64,000 nucleotides of DNA, from contig CBDFHC010000002.1 of the NCBI GenBank assembly GCA_965247585.1, positions 61,633 through 125,632 of the forward strand. The letters run 5' to 3'. Both the position numbers and the translations under genes were made by a program. Below, one piece after another: positions 20,581 through 30,553 of the stretch. Each line of letters starts with the position of its first letter. Within the stretch, counting starts at the first letter, position 1. Under the pieces are notes generated by a model, which was not told the origin of the DNA, did no database searches, and saw nothing but the letters and a program-made list of their open reading frames with translations. Source of the stretch: Dehalococcoidia bacterium. GTDB lineage: Bacteria > Chloroflexota > Dehalococcoidia > Lucifugimonadales > GCA-2712585.

Positions 20581-21092
20581 AATCACAGGTTGGTGGTTCC
20601 CACCGTCCCGCCCCGGAAGGTTCTTAAAAGTTCTTCTGAGGGACTCCCTCAGACTCCCGGCAGGGAGTTTATGAACAAATTAACGAGGCACAGCGGTAGA
20701 GGGCGCAAGGGTTGGATGTGCTCTCCCCCCCTGCCAGATTCCTAGATCCTCACGGACTGACTCAGAATCGATCATGTTGGCGTCCAGCACCAGGGAGGAT
20801 GAAAAACCAGGATTGGAATCCGAAGCGGGCGCCGCGGTAGGACTTGCTCTCCCCCCGGCACCCAGATTCTTCGATCCTCACGGACTGACTCGGAATGACA
20901 TGGTGGGGGGCGGAATGCGGTATGGGCTCGTCCTTCGAGGGCCTCAGGATGAGCGGGTTGGAGGAGCAGAGAGGGGCGACCAGTCACAGGTTGGTGGTTT
21001 CCACCGTCCCACCCAGGAAGGTTTACAAAACGTTTTTCTGGGGGACACTCTCAGATTCCCGGCAGCCACCACCTGGGTTCTCTGCACTCTCC
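20581..21092 (+). repeat. large composite repeat locus (A-B-C-D-C-E-A-B)
   Basis: two A+B units flank CCAGATTCTTCGATCCTCACGGACTGACTCGGAATGACA and TCCTTCGAGGGCCTCAGGATGAGCGGG modules. Confidence 0.85.
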
Positions 21093-21138
21093 TGTACGAA
21101 GGTCAGCGTCGGCGAAGGAATTAGTGTATAGGCAACCA

Positions 21139-22287
21139 TTAGGGATGAGCGAACTCCTGGCGTATGGCGTGGCCGTGTTGGTTTAGGGTAGGAATGGCGG
21201 CGAATGTAAGTGATTCTCCCGCGAGGCGTGCCGGCGGGGCGACGAGGTCCAGTGGGCCGGAGGGGCTGTCCACCGTGGCGCGACGGAGTTGGGGGTGTTG
21301 GGCCAGGTCGGCGACGGAGTTGAGGGAGCCGTAGGCGATTTGGGCGGCGCGCAGGCGCTGGATGACCTCGTCACGGCCCAGGCGACTGAATACGGCGTGG
21401 ATGGCGGCGTCCACGGCGGGCCGGTTCTCCGCCCGGGTGGGGATATCAGAGAATCGAGGGTCGGCGATCAATTCGGGCTGCAGCAGAACCCCGGTGCAGA
21501 ACCGGGACCACTCGCGGTCGTTTTGGACAGATATGACCACCTGACCGTCGGCGGTGTCGTAGGCGCCGTAGGGAGCAATGGAGGGGTGGTTGAGGCCGAC
21601 GCGCTGGGGCGCCTGTCCTCCGTAGACCTGGTGAAGCAAGGGGACGGTCATCCAGTCGGCAATGGTGTCGAAGAGGGAAACGGCGACGCCCTTGCCCACG
21701 CCGGTGCGCTCCCGCTCGAAAAGGGCCTCCAGGACGGCCATGTAGGCGTACATGCCGGCGCCGATGTCACACACCGATACTCCGACGCGGCCCGGACCCT
21801 CGGGGCGGCCGGTGACGGAGGCAAGGCCGCTCTCGGCCTGGACCAACAGATCGTAGGCGCGCATCTCGGCGTAGGGTCCCTCTTCGCCGTAGCCGCTGAT
21901 GTCACATGTGACCATCCGGGGGTGGCGGAGGCGCAGCGCCGCGCTGCCGAACCCCAACCGGGCCGCCGCGCCGGGCGCCAAGTTCTGGATGAAGACGTCG
22001 GCGCGGGAGAGGAGCAGGGACATTAACGTTTTGTCTTCTTCAGCCTTCAGGTCCAGGGCGATGGACTCTTTGCCGCGGTTGAGCCAGACGAAGTAGGCGC
22101 TCTCGCCGTGGACGACGCGGTCATAGTCCCGGGCGAAGTCACCTTCTGGGCGCTCCACCTTGATGACACGTGCGCCGGCATCGGCGAGGCGGGAGGCGCA
22201 GTATGGCGCGGCGACGGCCTGCTCAAGAGAGACAACCAGGAGGCCCTGGAGGGTCTGGCGTTTTTCAGACGGTGGCGCGCTTTCCAT
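21139..22287 (-). CDS. family III (CaiB/BaiF) CoA-transferase
   Basis: EQAVAAP, LADAGARVIKVE, NRGKES, VCDIGAG with catalytic Asp. Confidence 0.9.
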   Translation of the reverse strand: MESAPPSEKRQTLQGLLVVSLEQAVAAPYCASRLADAGARVIKVERPEGDFARDYDRVVHGESAYFVWLNRGKESIALDLKAEEDKTLMSLLLSRADVFIQNLAPGAAARLGFGSAALRLRHPRMVTCDISGYGEEGPYAEMRAYDLLVQAESGLASVTGRPEGPGRVGVSVCDIGAGMYAYMAVLEALFERERTGVGKGVAVSLFDTIADWMTVPLLHQVYGGQAPQRVGLNHPSIAPYGAYDTADGQVVISVQNDREWSRFCTGVLLQPELIADPRFSDIPTRAENRPAVDAAIHAVFSRLGRDEVIQRLRAAQIAYGSLNSVADLAQHPQLRRATVDSPSGPLDLVAPPARLAGESLTFAAIPTLNQHGHAIRQEFAHP

Positions 22288-22440
22288 GTGGGTGACTCCT
22301 AGATTGGCAAAAGCTGGTTACAGGAATATGACTCTGGATGGTGCTGCTTGTGGTTGGGTGCTACCGCGCCGGATTGTAAGGGCAGAGGTGAGGAGGCAAC
22401 AAGTTCGGGTGAGGTGGGACGGAGAAACTCCGCCAGGCTC

Positions 22441-22929
22441 TTAGGAGGAGGGAGCTTCGGGGATGAAGAAGGGGAGGACGAGGTTGGGGGAGTTGGGGAC
22501 CTCTTGGAAGCAGACGCCTACCGGCATGCCGATGCGGATGGCCTCAGGCGGGACGTTGAGGAGGTTGGTGAGAATACGGAGACCTTCTTGCTCTTCCAGT
22601 TCGACGAGGCAGATGTTGTAGGGGACCTGGGGCTTTTCCCGCAGGGCGGGGTGCACCGGGTGGTGGGCGACGACGAAGGAGTAGACGCGGCCCCGGCCGC
22701 TGACCAGGGTCCAGCGGTACGCCAGGGAGTGGCAGTCAGGACACATGGGCACGGGGAGGTGTCGGAACTTGTTGCATTGAGAGCACTGCTGGATTCTTAG
22801 CTCTCGATTCTGGGCGGCGTCCCAGAAGCCCCGCTCATAGTCTGGCAGGTTGTCCATGTCCGGGAGGGGCAAGCCCTCCAGCGGGCCGGTCATTGGCTCC
22901 GAGTTTTCTGTGTTTCGTTGCTGGGTCAT
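22441..22929 (-). CDS. DUF35 Zn-ribbon/OB-fold protein
   Basis: FWDAA, QQCSQC..CPDC, SGRGRVYSF, VELEE. Confidence 0.88.
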   Translation of the reverse strand: MTQQRNTENSEPMTGPLEGLPLPDMDNLPDYERGFWDAAQNRELRIQQCSQCNKFRHLPVPMCPDCHSLAYRWTLVSGRGRVYSFVVAHHPVHPALREKPQVPYNICLVELEEQEGLRILTNLLNVPPEAIRIGMPVGVCFQEVPNSPNLVLPFFIPEAPSS

Positions 22930-22952
22930 TTTCGGTATTGGCTGGTTAAAGG

Positions 22953-24143
22953 CTAGCCCCGCCGGATGATGACGGCGGCGCTGAGCTGGGCGGTGGAGCT
23001 ACAGGAGATGACGCGGTTGATGGGCTTGTGGGGAGGCTGGGAGGTGGATGTGCCGCGCAGGAGCCGCACTGCCTCCTGGGGGTGAGTGAGGCCGTGAATG
23101 TAAGCCTCGGAGTGGTTGCCGCCGTGGGTGTTGGTGGGGAGTGCGCCATCGAAGCGAAGGTTGTGGCCGCCTTCCACAAAGTCCTTGGCCTCGCCGAAGG
23201 GCACGAAGCCGTAGGCCTCCAGGCTGGTGAGGCAGAAGGGGGTAAAGTGGTCATAGAACATTAAGGCGTCCATGTCTTTCGCGGTGAGGCCGGAGCGGGC
23301 CCAGAGATCACGGGCGGTGTGGACGGACTCGGCGACGGCGAGGTCAGGCCGGTAGATGATGCCTTCAGCGCCGGGTCCAGAACCCTGGGCCGCCGCTTCC
23401 ACCAGGGCCAAGTTATCGCTGTGGCGTAGGTCTCGCGCCCGGTCCGGAGTGGTCATGATGATGGCGGCAGCGCCGTCGTTCTCCTGGCAGAAGTCCAGCA
23501 GACGCAGCGGGTCGGCGATAAGGCGGGAGGTCTGGTGGTCGTCTATGGTGATGGGTGTTCGGCGCAGCGCACGCGGGTTGCGGCTGGCGTGGTGCCGCAC
23601 TGTGACGGCAACCCAGCCGAAGTGGCGGCTAGTGGCGCCGTACTGGTGCATGTAGCGCCGGACGAACATACCGAAGTGGTGGCCGGGGGCCATGGCGCCC
23701 CAGGGGGCGTGAAAGGACCGAGCGCCGCCGGGGATAAGCTGTGGGTCACGGCTCTGACCCAGCCGCATGGCGGAGCGGAGGTTGGCGGCGCGGAAGCAGA
23801 CGGCGTAGTTGCAGTAGCCGGCGGCAATGGCCGCAGCGGCATGGCCCACGGTGGCGTTGCCTGCGCCGCCGCCGAAGGCGATGGCCTCCCAGTGGCGCAG
23901 GTTTTTGATGCCCAGGGCTTGGATAAGCTGGGTCTCGGTGTTGTTGTCCATGCCATAACGGACGAGGCCGTCTATCTGGTGGGGAGAGATGCCGGCGTCG
24001 TCGCAGGCGGCTTTGATGGCCTCGCAGGCAAGCTGTAGCTCGCTACGGCCGGAGTCCCAGGAGAACTCGGTCTCGCCGATGCCGGCGATGGCCGCCTTGT
24101 CCCGGATGTTGTTCATGTCCGCTGGGGTTAGATTAGACGCCAC
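22953..24143 (-). CDS. Ltp2-like thiolase-fold protein (lipid-transfer protein family)
   Basis: AAIAGIGET, PLRLLDFCQENDG, YDHFT, NTHGG..SEAYIHG; start may be 24116. Confidence 0.88.
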   Translation of the reverse strand: MASNLTPADMNNIRDKAAIAGIGETEFSWDSGRSELQLACEAIKAACDDAGISPHQIDGLVRYGMDNNTETQLIQALGIKNLRHWEAIAFGGGAGNATVGHAAAAIAAGYCNYAVCFRAANLRSAMRLGQSRDPQLIPGGARSFHAPWGAMAPGHHFGMFVRRYMHQYGATSRHFGWVAVTVRHHASRNPRALRRTPITIDDHQTSRLIADPLRLLDFCQENDGAAAIIMTTPDRARDLRHSDNLALVEAAAQGSGPGAEGIIYRPDLAVAESVHTARDLWARSGLTAKDMDALMFYDHFTPFCLTSLEAYGFVPFGEAKDFVEGGHNLRFDGALPTNTHGGNHSEAYIHGLTHPQEAVRLLRGTSTSQPPHKPINRVISCSSTAQLSAAVIIRRG

Positions 24144-24155
24144 GGTGACGGCCTG

Positions 24156-26585
24156 TTAGGCCTCCTCCCAATCGACAACGCCACGGCGCTTGAAGTCCTG
24201 GACTTGCGCCGCAGAGTAGCCCAGCTCTTCCAGGACGGCCCGGGTGTGCTGACCTTTGAGGGGGCCGGGACCGGCCTTGCCCTGGGTGTGGGAGAAGGAG
24301 AGGATGGGGCTGTAGCGCCAGATAGGGCCGATCCGCGGCGCGTCCACCTGGGTGAGCATTCCGGTCTCCCGGACGTGGGGGTCCTGGTCAAAGAAGTGGA
24401 ACATGCCCTGGTCTTCGGCACGGACGCAGGCGACGTCGGCGGAGGTGAGGGTGCGTTCCCAGTCCAACGGCTCCCGGGTGGCGAAGATTTTGGACAGCTC
24501 GGCGGAGAGAGGAGCGTCGTTTTCCCGGCGGTCCGCATCGGTGGCGAACCTTGGGTCCGCTTCGAGGTCTGGGCGGTCCAGGGCGCGGCACAGGTCGTGC
24601 CACTCGGACTCGAAGGGACAGGCCAGAAAGACCCAGCCGGACCGGGCGCGATAGAGGCGGTAAAGGGCGTTGAGGCCGTAGCCTTCGGCGTCAGGGATGG
24701 CGCGGGGGGGCTTTCCTTCGTGCCAAAAAAAGTCGTCGACGTTGGCGTAGGCGTTGTTGCCCAGCATGGTGGAAAGGATGTACTGGCCCTTGCCCGTGTG
24801 CCGGCGAGCGTAGAGGCCGAGCAGCATGGCGACGGAGTTGCCCATGGAGGAGTTGTGATCCGTGGTGCCGTCATTGGCGCGGCCCAGCTTGCGGGACATC
24901 TCCTTGAGCTCGGGCATGGCAAGCGGCTGGTCCGGAGAGGGCAAGGTGTCGCGGCCCATCTGGGCCATGGCGCCGCCGCAGACGGCGCCGGGGATGGGGG
25001 CCATGGAGGGGCGGCGGGAGTGGGGGCCATCTGCGCCGTAACCGCCGGCGTATACGTAGACGATCCCGGGGTTGATCTCCGAAAGCTGCTGGAATCCGAT
25101 GCCGGTGCGCTCCGGAGCGCCGGGGCGCATGCTGTGGAGCAGGATATCCGCCCCGGCGGCCAGTTGGTGCATAATCTCCTGGCCTTCAGGCGTCTTGAGG
25201 TTGAGACAAACGCCCTCGGTGCCGGCCATGGTCCGGTGGGCAGCCAGGCCGTGGGTGTTGGAGCGGATGTAGTCACCGCCAGGGGGCTCGACGCGAATCA
25301 CTCTGGCGCCCAGCTCGGCGAGGAGGGAGCAGCTAAGGGGGCCATTGATGACGGTGCCCAGGTCTAGCACGGTGACGCCTTCCAGCGGGTGGCCGGGTAG
25401 GGGCGCACCGTTGAAAGAGGACGATGGGGAGGAGACGCCGTTCAATCCGGCCAAGACTTCTGAGGTGTGGTGGCCGGGGGAGGGCGCCGGACCCCGAGGC
25501 CGGCCGGGGGTATCAGACATGTTGACCAAGGGGCCTAGCTGCATGGTTTTGCCCAGACGCGGGTCGTCTACCTCGCGCACCTGCTGGTTGTGCATGATCT
25601 GAGAGTGGGCCATGCCTTCCCTGGCGGTCATAAACGCTTCCACGGCTACATCGTCAGTCTGGGTCACTAAGACGTCCACCCACTCGTCAAGGGTCTTCTG
25701 CTGAACGCGTTCCAGTATCAGCTCCTCCAGGGCGTCGCGGGCCTCGTTGGTTGTGGACGGGGCATTCAGGAAGCGAGGGTCCTCATAGATGTAGTCCAGA
25801 TCCAAAGCTTTCATCTCGGCGCGGAAGAGGCGCTCCATGATGTTGGCAAGCTGGATCCATTCACCGTCCTTGGTGCGGGCGGCCAGGTAGCCGTGAGGGT
25901 TGGGGCGGCTGAGGCCGATGGGCGTCTCCGAAGGGTATTTGTCCGGGTCCTTGCGAAGCATCTGTCCCTGAATCCAGGAACAGTGGTCGTAAGGGGTGAC
26001 GGTCCTGAGCAGGTTGGTTTCCACCTTCTGGCCCTGGCCGGTGCGGTCCCGGACGTAGAGGGCGGAGATGACGCCGCGAAGGAGGGCCATGGCGGCGGCG
26101 TGGCTAGCGCTGTGGACGGCGGCGAAGTTGGGGCCCTCCCGCTGATTCTGGCCGGAGAACATCATCATGCGGCCGCTCTTGGCAGCTACCACGGCGTCGT
26201 ACGCTTTGTAGTGAGCGTAGGGTCCGGCGGGTCCGAAGCCGGTGAGCGAGGCGTAGACCAGGCCGGGGTGGTCAGCGGAAAGGGTCTCGTAGTCGATGCC
26301 CAGGCGTTGGGTAACGCCGGGGCGGAAGTTTTCGAGGACGACGTCCGACCGGCGGGCCAGGCGCTGGGCGTCTTCGCGGCCGGAGGGGGTTTTCAGGTCC
26401 AGGATGATGCTGCGCTTGCCCCGGTCCCACTGGAGGGCGCCGGGCCAGGAGCGGAAGGGATCGCCGCCGGGTGGCTCCACCTTGATAACATCGGCGCCGA
26501 AGTCGGACATGACCATGGTGGCGACGGAGGCGGGCTGACCTCGAGAGAAGTCCAGGACTGAGATACCTTCAAAAACGTCAGGCAT
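24156..26585 (-). CDS. double-domain family III CoA-transferase
   Basis: two CaiB repeats (FGADVIKVEPPGGD and LGARVIRVEPPGGD); start MPDVFEG at 26585. Confidence 0.88.
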   Translation of the reverse strand: MPDVFEGISVLDFSRGQPASVATMVMSDFGADVIKVEPPGGDPFRSWPGALQWDRGKRSIILDLKTPSGREDAQRLARRSDVVLENFRPGVTQRLGIDYETLSADHPGLVYASLTGFGPAGPYAHYKAYDAVVAAKSGRMMMFSGQNQREGPNFAAVHSASHAAAMALLRGVISALYVRDRTGQGQKVETNLLRTVTPYDHCSWIQGQMLRKDPDKYPSETPIGLSRPNPHGYLAARTKDGEWIQLANIMERLFRAEMKALDLDYIYEDPRFLNAPSTTNEARDALEELILERVQQKTLDEWVDVLVTQTDDVAVEAFMTAREGMAHSQIMHNQQVREVDDPRLGKTMQLGPLVNMSDTPGRPRGPAPSPGHHTSEVLAGLNGVSSPSSSFNGAPLPGHPLEGVTVLDLGTVINGPLSCSLLAELGARVIRVEPPGGDYIRSNTHGLAAHRTMAGTEGVCLNLKTPEGQEIMHQLAAGADILLHSMRPGAPERTGIGFQQLSEINPGIVYVYAGGYGADGPHSRRPSMAPIPGAVCGGAMAQMGRDTLPSPDQPLAMPELKEMSRKLGRANDGTTDHNSSMGNSVAMLLGLYARRHTGKGQYILSTMLGNNAYANVDDFFWHEGKPPRAIPDAEGYGLNALYRLYRARSGWVFLACPFESEWHDLCRALDRPDLEADPRFATDADRRENDAPLSAELSKIFATREPLDWERTLTSADVACVRAEDQGMFHFFDQDPHVRETGMLTQVDAPRIGPIWRYSPILSFSHTQGKAGPGPLKGQHTRAVLEELGYSAAQVQDFKRRGVVDWEEA

Positions 26586-27735
26586 TGGTGAGGGGCTGCT
26601 CCTGGGAGACTGGGAACTTGTACAAGCGAGCGGTGTTTTCGCCGACAATCTTGGCTCGCTCATCGTCCGGGACCCCTTCCAGGATGTGGTCGAGGATTTG
26701 CTGGGACCTAGGGAATGTGGACTCGCGATGGGGATAGTCCGACCCCCAGAGGAGGTTGTCAACGCCGATGAGGTCACGGAAGCGGATGCCAAGGGGGTCT
26801 TCCTGAAAGCTGTGGAAGACGTTGGTACGCATAAAGTCGCTGGGGACGGCGTTGTTCTTGAAGCGGTAGGGCGCCAGGTTGGTGTTGTCCACGTAGTTGA
26901 CGTCCATGCGGTAGAGGAAGTAGGGGATCCAGCCCAGCTCATGCTCTACGTTGACTACTTTGTGGCCGGGGTGGCGCTCGAAGACGCCGGAGAAGAGCAT
27001 GTGGGACATAGACATGCGTGGCCAGTAGTCGTTGTTGGTGCGCCCCGACGCGGTGGTGAAGGAGTCCGGCGGGAGGCCGGAGCCGGGGGTCAGAGGCCGC
27101 TGAGTGACGACGTGGAGACTCAGGGGCATATCCATCTCTTCCGCGGCGGCCCAGAAGGGCTCGTATTCGGGCAGGTCGTAGGTCTGGTCCTGGGAGGGGT
27201 AGACGCTGATCATTGCGCCCGCGAGACCCAGACCGGCGGCGCGTCGCAGCTTGGCGGCGGCGCCGGGAATATCGCCGTCAAAGATTATCATGGCGACGCC
27301 TTTGAGGTGGCCCGGGTAGGTCTGGCAGAACTCGGCGAGCCAATCGTTGTAGGCGGCGAAGATGGGCCGTAAAACGTCGGCGTTGGGAACGGCGTAGAGG
27401 ACCAGGCCGAAGGAGGGGTAGACGACCCCGCCGTTAACGCTGTCCACGCCCATCTCCCGGACGGCGGCGTCTGGGTTGTAGCCGCCCAAGGGCACGTCCC
27501 GGAAGCTGCCGCGGAAGTCTATTTCCAGGGGCTTCTCGAACCGTTTGCCGGCCTGGGCGAAGCGGGAGGGCTCGCCGTTTGGCACGGGCGCACCGTTGAT
27601 GAACCAGTGGTCCGCCTCTGAGGTCTCCACCACACGAGGGATGGCGTCGCCGTAGGCCGGGTCAATTTGGTCGAGCCAGAGGTTGGGAGGCTCTACGACG
27701 TGGGAATCGGACGATAGGACCCGGAATTGTGCCAT
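26578..27735 (-). CDS. amidohydrolase_2 family protein
   Basis: LSSDSHVVEP, AYNDWL, LSLH, WGSDYPH; paralog of 12311-13426. Confidence 0.9.
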   Translation of the reverse strand: MAQFRVLSSDSHVVEPPNLWLDQIDPAYGDAIPRVVETSEADHWFINGAPVPNGEPSRFAQAGKRFEKPLEIDFRGSFRDVPLGGYNPDAAVREMGVDSVNGGVVYPSFGLVLYAVPNADVLRPIFAAYNDWLAEFCQTYPGHLKGVAMIIFDGDIPGAAAKLRRAAGLGLAGAMISVYPSQDQTYDLPEYEPFWAAAEEMDMPLSLHVVTQRPLTPGSGLPPDSFTTASGRTNNDYWPRMSMSHMLFSGVFERHPGHKVVNVEHELGWIPYFLYRMDVNYVDNTNLAPYRFKNNAVPSDFMRTNVFHSFQEDPLGIRFRDLIGVDNLLWGSDYPHRESTFPRSQQILDHILEGVPDDERAKIVGENTARLYKFPVSQEQPLTNA

Positions 27736-27838
27736 GAGACACCTCTCGAACGACGGCGCTGAATGTTGGGTGTAAGGGCACGCCTTACGCTAGCGCAATT
27801 ATAACGATCACCTGGATGGAGGCAAACAGGGGCAAAGG

Positions 27839-28750
27839 CTACTCGCCGGGGAGGTCAGCGCGCACCTGCACCTCGGCGCGCTCTTCCTGGAGGACGAAGG
27901 GAATGGTGTAGTCTTTTTCAGACCAGCCTCGGTTGATGCCCTGGATGATGAATTGCTGTACCTGGCTGGCGAGGGGTAGCGGTACACTGTGCTCCCGGGC
28001 GAGGTCCAAGGCCAGGCCGATGTCCTTGGCGGTGAGGGCCAGGGTGAAGCGTGGGCTGTCATAGTCGCCCTTAAAGACGCTGTCCGCCAGGGTGGCGGTG
28101 CGGACGGGGTTCAGGACGCCCATGCCCCCGCCTCCGGCCTCCAGCAAGGCGCGGAGGTCAAGACCGGCCTTGACGCCGAGGGTGAGACCTTCGGCGACGA
28201 TTTGGTTGACGCCGAAGATGATCATGTTGCTGACCAGCTTGCAGATGGTGCCGTGGCCTAGTGGCCCGGCGTGGACAACCTTGGCGGCGAATGCGTTTAG
28301 GATGGGCAGCACGCGTTTGAAGGTCTCGTCATCGCCACCAACCAGGACGGTGGTCTCTCCTTGCATCGCCCGCTTGGGGCCTGTGAGCACGGGGGCGTCC
28401 ATCAGTGAGGCGCCTTGACGTTGGAACTGGGGTTCCAGGCGATGGTAGATGGAAGGGTAGGTGGTGGAGAGGTCCAGGTAGACGGCGCCGCGCTTGATGC
28501 CGAGCAGAACGCCATCGGGTCCGGTGGCGACTTGCTCCAGCTCCAGGGGGCCAGGTACGGAGGTGAAGGTGACGTCGCTCTGGGAAGCGACTTCAGCGGC
28601 GGAACCGCCGAGGCGTGCGCCACCTTCCAGCAGGGGCTTGCAGGCCTCCTCGCGGATATCGTGGACTACCATGGGGTAGCCAGCGCGCTGGATGTTGAGG
28701 GCCATGCCGGTGCCGATTCTCCCCAAGCCGATGAACCCGACGGTTTCCAT
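27839..28750 (-). CDS. 3-hydroxyisobutyrate dehydrogenase/beta-hydroxyacid dehydrogenase family
   Basis: GFIGLGRIG, DAPV, KLVSN, KDIGLA. Confidence 0.88.
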   Translation of the reverse strand: METVGFIGLGRIGTGMALNIQRAGYPMVVHDIREEACKPLLEGGARLGGSAAEVASQSDVTFTSVPGPLELEQVATGPDGVLLGIKRGAVYLDLSTTYPSIYHRLEPQFQRQGASLMDAPVLTGPKRAMQGETTVLVGGDDETFKRVLPILNAFAAKVVHAGPLGHGTICKLVSNMIIFGVNQIVAEGLTLGVKAGLDLRALLEAGGGGMGVLNPVRTATLADSVFKGDYDSPRFTLALTAKDIGLALDLAREHSVPLPLASQVQQFIIQGINRGWSEKDYTIPFVLQEERAEVQVRADLPGE

Positions 28751-28865
28751 GACGCCTCCTGGAAGCTGGTTTGATGTTGAGAGGTTTGTGTTCGGGGGAT
28801 GATACCATCCGCGCCGGGGCGGCGGGGGTGGCTTTGAATAGGGCTAGAGATGGGAGGATTTAGGG

Positions 28866-29363
28866 AATCCCCTCTCTAACTCTCTTCCTTTTGTCAGGAG
28901 GAGAGGCATACCCCTTATTTTAAGGCAATCAGCCATGGGGAAGAGCATAGGCATCGCGAAGGAGGGGAGATCAGAGTGGCGTGCGCACTCCCTCTCAATC
29001 TCTCCCTCGATAGGGGGAGAGAATTTTGCAATTTTCATAGGAATCGATCATGTGAGCGTCCAGCACCAGTGAGGATGAAAAAAGAGTGGCGGCTATCATC
29101 CATGGTGACCGGTATAGCTATGACAAAGGATTGCAGATCACAGGCTGGTGCTACCCACCTGCCCGCCCCGGAAGGTTTTAAAAACTAATTGCTGAGGGAC
29201 ACCCTCAGACTCCCGGCAGGGAACCTGGGTTCCCTGCACTCTCCTATGGTGTGGGTGCTCTTTGAGAGGCTATAGTTCATGGCGCCTGAGACCTATGGCG
29301 CCGGGGATGGACAATCAAGGTTGGGTTTTCTGCTCTCCTTCGAGGGCCTTAGGATGAGCGGGA
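28866..29363 (+). repeat. composite repeat locus (CCCTCTC..GAGAG hairpins, D, A, B, E)
   Basis: 29041-29244 is colinear with 9967-10145; E module at 29336-29362. Confidence 0.8.
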
Positions 29364-29502
29364 ATAGGAGGGCCGAAGGTTTATTTTGGAGGAACGCCAT
29401 GAAAGAGATGCGGCCCGGCCGCCGGGAGGAACAGGAAGGGCGGGGTCCAATTGGACCCCGCCCTATTAAGTGTCGATCTTGAGCCGCGCTGGTAAGAGCG
29501 GG

Positions 29503-30507
29503 CTAGAGAGTGAACTGAGGGTCCTCGTAGGCATTGTCCTTGAGGTAGAACTGGAGCCGGTTGTTGAGGGACTCCACGACGGTGATGCGGAAGTCGTCTC
29601 CAACGTGAACGCCCACGGGGCCGCGGAAGACGACCTCAGGCTCGGTGCTGGTGCGAGCGCGGGCCTTGATGACGTCCGGGTTTACATCCACGGTGAGCCG
29701 TGCCCAAGGAGACAGCTCTCTGGCGTCACCAACGAAGGTGGCCAGATAGTCGCCCTCCGGGGTGAAAACGAGAAGGTTGTCGTTGCCCATGTTGGCAACA
29801 TAGATGTCGCCTTCGCCGTCAACGGCCAAGCCGGAGGGGCGGTGCATCTCGCCGGGGCCGTGGCCAGAGGTACCGAAGGTGAGGAGGTGGTTGCCGTCCG
29901 GGCTGAACTTCTGGATACGGTCGTTTCCCCAATCGGCGACGTAGATGTCGCCCTTGGCGTCAATGGTAATGCCCCAGGGAAGCCTAAACTGTCCATCATC
30001 ACTGCCCGGACCGCCGAACTGACTGAGGTACTTGCCGTCCTTGGTGAACTTCTGCACCCGTTCGTTCCTGCTGTCCACAATGTAGACGTTATCGTCGCTA
30101 TCTAAGGCAATCCCCGCAGGGGCGTTGAACTCGCCGACGCCGCTGCCGGAGGCGCCCCACTTGCCCAGGTTGCCGCCTTCGTTATCGAATGCGACCACTT
30201 TGTTATCCATCTGATCGGTAACGTAGATATTCTCGTTGCTGTCCAGGGCGAGGCCGCCGGGCCAGAGGAACTGGCCCTCGCCGCTTCCGGCGCTGCCTAT
30301 ATCCATGATCCACTTGTGGGCCAAGGTGGCTTTAGTCACCCTGGCGGAGGGGAGAAACTCCGTCCCGGCGTTGACCACGTATATGACGTCGTCTTTGCCA
30401 CGGGTCACGCCCAAGGGGTGGATGAAGCCAGTCTCTCCGGCGCCGTTGCGTCCCATGCATTCGAGGTAGGTGAAGGTCCTACCGGCGATCATTTGTGTTA
30501 CAGGCAT
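29503..30507 (-). CDS. NHL-repeat beta-propeller protein
   Basis: repeated GxGxGQF..P.GIA.D..G.IYVAD..N.RIQKF. Confidence 0.9.
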   Translation of the reverse strand: MPVTQMIAGRTFTYLECMGRNGAGETGFIHPLGVTRGKDDVIYVVNAGTEFLPSARVTKATLAHKWIMDIGSAGSGEGQFLWPGGLALDSNENIYVTDQMDNKVVAFDNEGGNLGKWGASGSGVGEFNAPAGIALDSDDNVYIVDSRNERVQKFTKDGKYLSQFGGPGSDDGQFRLPWGITIDAKGDIYVADWGNDRIQKFSPDGNHLLTFGTSGHGPGEMHRPSGLAVDGEGDIYVANMGNDNLLVFTPEGDYLATFVGDARELSPWARLTVDVNPDVIKARARTSTEPEVVFRGPVGVHVGDDFRITVVESLNNRLQFYLKDNAYEDPQFTL

Positions 30508-30553
30508 TTCAATTTCTCCAACGGTGAATCTGTGGATGGGGTTGCCGCTCCGG

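Noticed and set aside
20581-21092. CRISPR array or attC-like cassette array
   Set aside because: Repeats are degenerate, irregularly spaced and dispersed, with no unique equal-length spacers and no cas or integrase gene
26586-26942. N-terminal extension of the 928-aa ORF
   Set aside because: Overlaps the amidohydrolase in another frame; homology begins at MPDVFEG (26585)
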